From the NCBI GenBank assembly GCA_045535205.1, contig JAZSLF010000141.1, positions 1 to 59,503 on the forward strand: a stretch of 59,503 nucleotides of DNA, in the 5' to 3' direction. A model generated the notes under the pieces. The model was not told where the DNA came from. It made no database searches and saw only the letters and a list, made by a program, of their open reading frames with translations. The first letter of the stretch is position 1. Each line of letters opens with the position of its first letter. The DNA is from Eubacteriales bacterium. Its GTDB lineage: Bacteria; Bacillota; Clostridia; Oscillospirales; CAG-272. The position numbers were made by a program, and so were the translations under genes. Positions 54,039-59,503 of the stretch are shown here, in pieces.

Positions 54039-55775
54039 GTGAATATAAATTCCGCAGGCTCGGTATTCTCTCTTTTCAGAAGTCTGACCGACACGAAAAG
54101 TATTACGGGTGCTCCCGTTGAATACGCAACGGAAAAGCCGCCCTTTGACCCTCATAAAAAGGGTACGTCTCTGCCCCGTGCAACTCCCGAATCCCAAGGC
54201 GTTCCCTCCTCGCTTCTTTTATACTTTGCAAAGATGCTTCGCACGGACAAAACAATTGAGACCCATAACGTCATGGTTTTAAGACACGGAAAAATAATAT
54301 TTGAAGCCTCCTTCGACGACGGAAGCATCGGCCTTTGGAAGCAGACCTTTTCCGCCTGCAAGAGTATAGTTTCTCTCGCTGTCGGATTTGCCGTTGATGA
54401 CGGTCTTTTGGAGCTTGACACTCTGCTGTGCGATATATTTCCCGATGAAGTGTCGGCTGTTTCAAAAAGAGCTCTCAAGGAGGTTACGGTAAGACATCTG
54501 CTTACTATGACGACCTCGGTGTCATTTTCGGAGGCTGACTCTGTCATTTCGGAAAGCTGGATAAGAGGATATATGACGTCTTCTCCCAAGGAAGCTGTCG
54601 GCGAAGTCTTCTCCTACAATTCCATGAATACCTATATGCTTGCCGCCGCAGTCTCAAAGCTGTCGGGTAAAAGTCTTACCGATTATCTCGGCGAAAAGCT
54701 TTTTGCACCTCTCGGTATAGAAAACGTGTACTGGGAAAAAAGTCCCGACGGAATTGAAAAAGGCGGTTGGGGTCTTTACATCGCCCCGGAGGATATGGCG
54801 AAGATCGGTCTTTTGGTTCTTGGCGGCGGTGTCTACGGCGGAAGGCGGCTTATTTCTGCGGAATATATTTCGGAAATGACAAGAACGCAGATAAAAACTC
54901 CCGAGCATTTCGGAAGGTTTGATTACGGCTATCAGACCTGGTGCGGCAGAGATACAAACAGCTTTCTGTTCAGCGGTATGCTTGACCAGAACGTTCTCGG
55001 CTTCAAAGACAAAAATATTTTAGTTCTTGTAAATTCCGGAAACAACAGCCTGTTTCAGCAAAGTGCATTTTTCACTTATGCCTTTGAATGCTTCGGGGAT
55101 ATGCTCCGTGAACCACTCTCAAATGAAGTGCTCCCCGAAAATACCGCCGCCGCAAAAGAGCTTGAGGCTTATCTTGACTCATGCAGAATTAAGGGTGCGG
55201 TCTTTGAAGGGCTCCCTGAGGAATGTGAGCTTCTTTGCGGAAAGAGGTTTGAGCCGATAAGTGCAGACTCGGCTTCTACCGGTCTGCTTCCCGTAGCTCT
55301 GCAGATGCTCTACAACAACTATACGTCGGGTCTTAAAAGCATTTCCTTTGAGATAAAAGACGGAAAGTTTTACGTATACTACAGAGAAAACGATGCACTA
55401 CACCGCTTCCCCATAGGCTTTTCAAAGCCGGCGGCTGTGAACATGAAGTTCAGAAAGACAGTTTTCCGTGTTGCCGTAAGCGGTGAATTTGCAAAAAATG
55501 AAGACGGTATCTCCGTTTTAAAGCTCCGTCTTGCCTTTTCGGAGACTCCGTGTGTGAGATATATAAAATTCTTTTTCGAGGACGGCGAGGCTCTCGCTTA
55601 TCACAGAGAAACACCGGGCATGGCATTTGCCTCCGACGGTATTATGAACGTGAAGCGTTCGCTTGAAGAAAAAAAGCTTATCAGAGGTGCTGTCGGAATG
55701 GTTGATGAAGACTATATCGAATACAAGATAAAGAAGACCTTTGCACCGAAAATAATTATGAAAAAAATAAATTAA
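54039..55775 (+). CDS. Serine hydrolase, beta-lactamase/transpeptidase-like (class C fold) family
   Basis: The SxxK motif lies in FSACKSIVS, with YSNMNTYML-type context (YNSMNTYML). The GTG start at 54039 is preceded by AAGGAGGG. The ORF-track upstream extension has no RBS. Confidence 0.75.
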   Translation: MNINSAGSVFSLFRSLTDTKSITGAPVEYATEKPPFDPHKKGTSLPRATPESQGVPSSLLLYFAKMLRTDKTIETHNVMVLRHGKIIFEASFDDGSIGLWKQTFSACKSIVSLAVGFAVDDGLLELDTLLCDIFPDEVSAVSKRALKEVTVRHLLTMTTSVSFSEADSVISESWIRGYMTSSPKEAVGEVFSYNSMNTYMLAAAVSKLSGKSLTDYLGEKLFAPLGIENVYWEKSPDGIEKGGWGLYIAPEDMAKIGLLVLGGGVYGGRRLISAEYISEMTRTQIKTPEHFGRFDYGYQTWCGRDTNSFLFSGMLDQNVLGFKDKNILVLVNSGNNSLFQQSAFFTYAFECFGDMLREPLSNEVLPENTAAAKELEAYLDSCRIKGAVFEGLPEECELLCGKRFEPISADSASTGLLPVALQMLYNNYTSGLKSISFEIKDGKFYVYYRENDALHRFPIGFSKPAAVNMKFRKTVFRVAVSGEFAKNEDGISVLKLRLAFSETPCVRYIKFFFEDGEALAYHRETPGMAFASDGIMNVKRSLEEKKLIRGAVGMVDEDYIEYKIKKTFAPKIIMKKIN

Positions 55776-55792
55776 ATATAAGGAAAAAAGAC

Positions 55793-57016
55793 ATGAAAAA
55801 AACAACACTCAGAAAATACGCAAAGCTTATTGCAACAAAAGGCGCTGCCCTCAAAAAAGGCGACACCGCCGTTATCAGAGCAGAGCTTGACCAGCCCGAA
55901 TTTATAAAGATGCTCGTTGAAGAATGCTACAAGGCGGGTGCCGCCAAGGTAGAGGTTGAATGGAGCTACGGCCCTCTCACAAAGATCCATGTGAGAAACA
56001 GAAGCCTTAAAACTCTCTGTACCGTTGAAGACTGGGAAGAGGTTAAGCTCAGACACAGAGCAGAAACTCTCCCTGCCATGATCTACATTCTCAGCGAAGA
56101 CCCCGACGGTCAGAAGGGCATGAACCAGGAGAAGAATGCCAAGGCCATGGCGGCTCGCTCCAAGGTGATAAAGCCTATCCGTGACACAATGGAAAACAAG
56201 TACAAGTGGTGTATCGCCGCAGTTCCCGGCAAGGCATGGGCAAAAAAGATGTTCCCCGGACTTCCTGTGGGCAAGGCCATTGAAAAACTTTGGGAAGCAA
56301 TTCTCTTTACCTCCCGTGTTGACGACGATCCCGTTGCCGCTTGGGACAACCACAACGCAGACCTTCAGAGCCGCTGTGACACTCTCAACTCCATGGGTCT
56401 CGTTTCTCTTGAATACAAGAGTGCAAACGGTACGGATCTCACCGTAGGTCTCATTGAAAACGCTCTCTTTATCGGAGGCGGTGAATACACTCTGGGCGGC
56501 GAATACTACAACCCCAACATTCCCACAGAAGAAGTTTTCGTTTCCCCCAAGGCAGGTGCGGCTGAGGGTATAGTTTACTCCTCAAAGCCCCTCTCCTATC
56601 AGGGTGAGCTTATCGACAACTTCTTTATCAGATTTAAAGACGGCAGAGCTGTTGAGTGGGGTGCAGAAAAGGGCGAAGACCTTCTCGGAAAGCTCATAAA
56701 CATGGACAACGGTGCGGCTATGCTGGGCGAATGTGCTCTTGTTCCTCAGAAATCTCCCATCTGTGAGTCGGGTCTTACCTTCTACAACACTCTCTTTGAT
56801 GAAAATGCCGCTTGCCACCTTGCTCTCGGCATGGGCTTTTCCAACTGCATCAAGGACTATGACAAGTATACTCTCGAAGAATGTCGTGAAATGGGTATAA
56901 ACGATTCCTTCGTTCATGAGGACTTTATGATAGGTACTGACGATCTTTCCATCGTAGGTATCAAAAAAAACGGCGAAAGAGTTCAGATATTCAAGGACGG
57001 TAACTGGGCGTTCTGA
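55793..57016 (+). CDS. Aminopeptidase, M29 (AmpS/PepS) family
   Basis: The N-terminus LRKYAKLIATKGAALKKGD..., together with EGIVYS...ECALV...NAACHLALG, is typical of M29. 407 aa. Confidence 0.85.
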   Translation: MKKTTLRKYAKLIATKGAALKKGDTAVIRAELDQPEFIKMLVEECYKAGAAKVEVEWSYGPLTKIHVRNRSLKTLCTVEDWEEVKLRHRAETLPAMIYILSEDPDGQKGMNQEKNAKAMAARSKVIKPIRDTMENKYKWCIAAVPGKAWAKKMFPGLPVGKAIEKLWEAILFTSRVDDDPVAAWDNHNADLQSRCDTLNSMGLVSLEYKSANGTDLTVGLIENALFIGGGEYTLGGEYYNPNIPTEEVFVSPKAGAAEGIVYSSKPLSYQGELIDNFFIRFKDGRAVEWGAEKGEDLLGKLINMDNGAAMLGECALVPQKSPICESGLTFYNTLFDENAACHLALGMGFSNCIKDYDKYTLEECREMGINDSFVHEDFMIGTDDLSIVGIKKNGERVQIFKDGNWAF

Positions 57017-57058
57017 TACACCTTTATTCCATTATTTTATTGAAAGGCTTAAAATAAT

Positions 57059-57952
57059 ATGCTCAGTGCTTACTGTATGTGCTGTCTTGTAAAAAGACAG
57101 CTTCGTATGCTCAACAAATTTGACGATGAAGAAAAAAAGGCTCTCTATATGAGAGACGTGCTTGAAATTCTTCGGAACATGGAAAAGGGCGAGGCGGCAC
57201 CTGTTGCCGTTCGCAAAATGGACTCCCTCTTTGCAGAACGCTTCGGCGAGGTCCACAGCTTTGAAGAGCTCAAAGAAAAGTACAATATTCTTATTCTTGA
57301 AAAGGAAGAAGAAATTATGTCCATCGTAAACAAAAGCGAGGACAGACTGCTCACGGCCCTCAAGTTTGCAAGAGTGGGCAACTACATAGATTTCGGAGCT
57401 CTCAACACCGTTGAGGACGAAAAGCTCTCGGAGCTGATAGCGAATGCTCCGAGTGAAGAAATTGACCCTGTTGAATATGCAAACTTCAAGAGGGAGATAG
57501 AAGGTGCAGAGCGTATGGTCTACCTTCCCGACAACTGCGGAGAGGTGGTTTTCGATAAAATTCTTATCCGCATAATAAGAGAGCTTTATCCCGACCTTCA
57601 GCTCAGCATTATTGTAAGAGGTGCTCCCGTTCTCAACGATGCCACCGTCAAGGATGCCCTCTTTGTAGGGCTTGACAGGTACGCTCCCGTTATCAGCAAC
57701 GGAAACGGTATTGCGGGCACCTACCTTCCCGAAGTCTCAGAGGAAGCTCTCTCTCTCATAAACTCAGCCGACCTTATTTTAGCTAAAGGACAGGGCAATT
57801 TTGAGACCCTGTTCGGCTGCGGCAAGAACGTATACTACGCCTTTCTGTGCAAGTGCGAATGGTTCGTTCGCCGCTTCGGCATGACTCGCCTCCAAGGCGT
57901 GTTCACCAACGAACTCCGCCAGAAATTCGATGTAGACGGAGCTACTTTGTGA
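57059..57952 (+). CDS. DUF89 / ARMT1-like damage-control phosphatase
   Basis: PDNCGEVVFD (DNxGE) and AKGQGNFETL (KGxxNFE) motifs. Confidence 0.8.
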   Translation: MLSAYCMCCLVKRQLRMLNKFDDEEKKALYMRDVLEILRNMEKGEAAPVAVRKMDSLFAERFGEVHSFEELKEKYNILILEKEEEIMSIVNKSEDRLLTALKFARVGNYIDFGALNTVEDEKLSELIANAPSEEIDPVEYANFKREIEGAERMVYLPDNCGEVVFDKILIRIIRELYPDLQLSIIVRGAPVLNDATVKDALFVGLDRYAPVISNGNGIAGTYLPEVSEEALSLINSADLILAKGQGNFETLFGCGKNVYYAFLCKCEWFVRRFGMTRLQGVFTNELRQKFDVDGATL

Positions 57953-57963
57953 GAGGATAATGC

Positions 57964-58032
57964 GGGGGAATTTGAAAATTCCCCCTGCACCCCCAAACTT
58001 TGTTATGCCCCCTGTCTGCTTGACAGGGGGCA
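57964..58032. terminator. Two hairpins between convergent genes
   Basis: GGGGGAATTT-GA-AAATTCCCCC (57964-57985) and TGCCCCCTGTC-TGCTT-GACAGGGGGCA (58006-58032). Confidence 0.6.
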
Positions 58033-58083
58033 CATTATATCAATCATCATACCGCCGTTCTGTTTTTTAATGCTTTTCTTCTC

Positions 58084-58350
58084 TCAATCTCCGAATTGTT
58101 CTTTGATTCTCTCGTTCACCCTTGCATCCATACCGTTCGGAAGCAGAATAAGGTCTTCTTCTTTAATCGATATCGTTGCAATATTGTCTTTTTCACCGTA
58201 TTGGGGAAAACAGACAAGCCAAGTTCCATGAGAATTATTATCGTAACAAATCCAGCCTTGCATTCCTTTGTGAACGCCTTCTTTAGCATAGCTGTCTTTT
58301 TCAACAATTACTTCTACTGTGTCCATTTCTTTCATTTCAATGACCTCCAT
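58084..58350 (-). CDS. DUF4926-like small protein (partner of the upstream DUF6883-like gene)
   Basis: MEVIEMKEMDTVEVIVEKDSYAKEGVHKGMQGWI... ATG 58350 overlaps the upstream TGA. RBS GGAGAT. Confidence 0.6.
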   Translation of the reverse strand: MEVIEMKEMDTVEVIVEKDSYAKEGVHKGMQGWICYDNNSHGTWLVCFPQYGEKDNIATISIKEEDLILLPNGMDARVNERIKEQFGD

Positions 58351-58907
58351 CAATTATCTCCATAAGGTGTAACTAATCTTATATGCCCGTCAGACTCAAC
58401 CATCCAACCTGTAATGAATGACACTGTACCGAGTTTATCTTTTCGTGGTATTTCAATTCTTATGTTAATTCGTTGACCTTTACTATCTAACTTGTTAAGA
58501 ACATAATCACTGTTTATGTATTTTTCCAAGCCTTGTTTTTGTATTTCGTTTTGCAGCCAACTCGAATCTGCTATAGAGTAACCCCAACTTTCAAGCATTT
58601 TGCTTTTTCCGTGTTTATAGAAATTTTCGGGATCGAATAAATACGGATCAAACTTTGAATAATGGCAATCTGCAGAAGCGTTATACATAACGTTAACGTA
58701 TGGAATTTTCTCCAAAATACAATGGCAAAACTCATGGTGCGGCCATTTTGGTGTAAGTCATTTGCCTAACCAACATTCGTGAAGCTTTAAACATACTTCG
58801 CAGTGGGTCTTGCCTTCGTTTTTGTGAAGCCACTTGTTCCACTCAGGCTCCGGCGGAATTACGTTTCCTCTTTTTGCTGCATTTACTACTTGTGATAAAT
58901 ACTCCAA
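58350..58907 (-). pseudogene. MuF/SPP1-gp7-type zinc motif + DUF6883-like domain gene interrupted by an in-frame TGA (58758-58760)
   Basis: My translation from TTG 58907 (RBS AGGAGAAAG) reads EYLSQVVNAAKRGNVIPPEPEWNKWLHKNEGKTHCEVCLKLHECWLGK*LTPKWPHHEFCHCILEKIPYV... It continues in the same frame into the 121-aa ORF (FDPENFYKHGKSKMLESWGY...HIRLVTPYG). Confidence 0.55.
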
Positions 58908-59340
58908 ATACTTTCTCCTCTCTTAATATATCACAAATTAAAACAAATGTAAATCCCCAAAGAGAACATTTGTTCGCGTATATGATACCATATTTGATGA
59001 AAAAATATCAAGAGTAAAAATGGCACATAGAAACATAATAAAATATAATCAATCAAGTGGCGGAACGCCTCCCCTACAGTTTGGGGTAATTTTATCGTTT
59101 ACCGTAGGGGAGGGGTCTCCCCTCCCGTTAGGATCCCCACCTCTGTCATTCTGAACCGCAGGTGAAGAATCTTTGCCGTAAGGCAACTTAAGGTTCGCTC
59201 ACAGAAGGGGTCTTCATTTCCCTTACATTAAAAGACGGCACACAGATTACAGCCATGTAACCTACGTGCCGCCTTTTTCGCAAAGGGGTCCTCAAGTTGC
59301 CTTCCGCGACTTGGGGTTCTCTTGCGTGTATTATATTTTA

Positions 59341-59503
59341 TTATTTTTCTGCGGGAAATTCGGTGATGATACCTGCGATGTATTTTCTGACAAGAAGAAC
59401 ATCGGTAATAGTAACTCTGCCGTCACCGTTTACATCTGCCGCATCAGCATTTAATCCATTGTCGATAATTATACCCGCAATATACTTTCTGATAAGAAGT
59501 ACG
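59341..59503 (-). CDS. C-terminal type-I dockerin of a gene whose 5' part lies beyond the window
   Basis: The reverse-strand translation is ...VLLIRKYIAGIIIDNGLNADAADVNGDGRVTITDVLLVRKYIAGIITEFPAEK*. It contains two dockerin repeat segments. Confidence 0.8.
   Translation of the reverse strand, partial: VLLIRKYIAGIIIDNGLNADAADVNGDGRVTITDVLLVRKYIAGIITEFPAEK

Noticed and set aside
58758-58760. In-frame TGA as selenocysteine or a reassigned codon
   Set aside because: TGA serves as an ordinary stop in several well-supported genes here, including E1, the recombinase, the S1 protease and the GldG-like gene. I saw no SECIS-like hairpin right after it. Nonsense mutation or internal reinitiation is more likely.

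Overview
This 59.5-kb chromosomal window comes from a Gram-positive, moderate-GC Firmicute. Dockerin modules, xylAB and AGGAGG-type ribosome-binding sites suggest a Ruminococcus-like Clostridia member, but that is inference only. No database search was run, so every family name rests on motifs I read in the translations.

Backbone content:
- a partial nucleoside hydrolase
- tRNA-Pro(CGG), tRNA-Gln(TTG) and tRNA-Thr(GGT)
- YugP-type peptidase, nitroreductase, SGNH hydrolase and orphan PduL
- a 1250-aa dockerin protein, a GH20 hexosaminidase and an M23 peptidase
- a xylA-xylB operon
- a Wzm/Wzt glycopolymer cluster (GT2, two ATP-grasp ligases, OCD/mu-crystallin enzyme, APC permease, DegT aminotransferase, RmlA/RmlB)
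- a GldA/F/G-like ABC exporter
- a BlaI/BlaR1-like pair with twin TACA/TGTA operators
- RNase HI, an M29 aminopeptidase and DUF89
- a small DUF6883-like/DUF4926-like cassette

The main finding lies at about 1.37-13.34 kb, next to tRNA-Pro. It is a 12-gene, single-strand, tightly coupled island encoding a eukaryote-like ubiquitination toolkit:
- a beta-grasp Ubl fused to a zinc ribbon and a membrane anchor
- a ThiF/E1-like activating enzyme
- a UBC-like E2 (HPN...Cys) fused to six TM helices and an FHA domain
- two RING-like treble-clef proteins
- two JAB/JAMM peptidase paralogs (one ending in LysM)
- a secreted, membrane-anchored S1 serine protease

Nearly every component carries a membrane anchor. 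The island is headed by a tyrosine recombinase - XRE - membrane-ImmA module. The recombinase gene is bracketed by perfect 35-bp inverted repeats. Inside them sits an outward-facing consensus promoter that inversion would aim at the operon, making this a candidate phase-variable switch.
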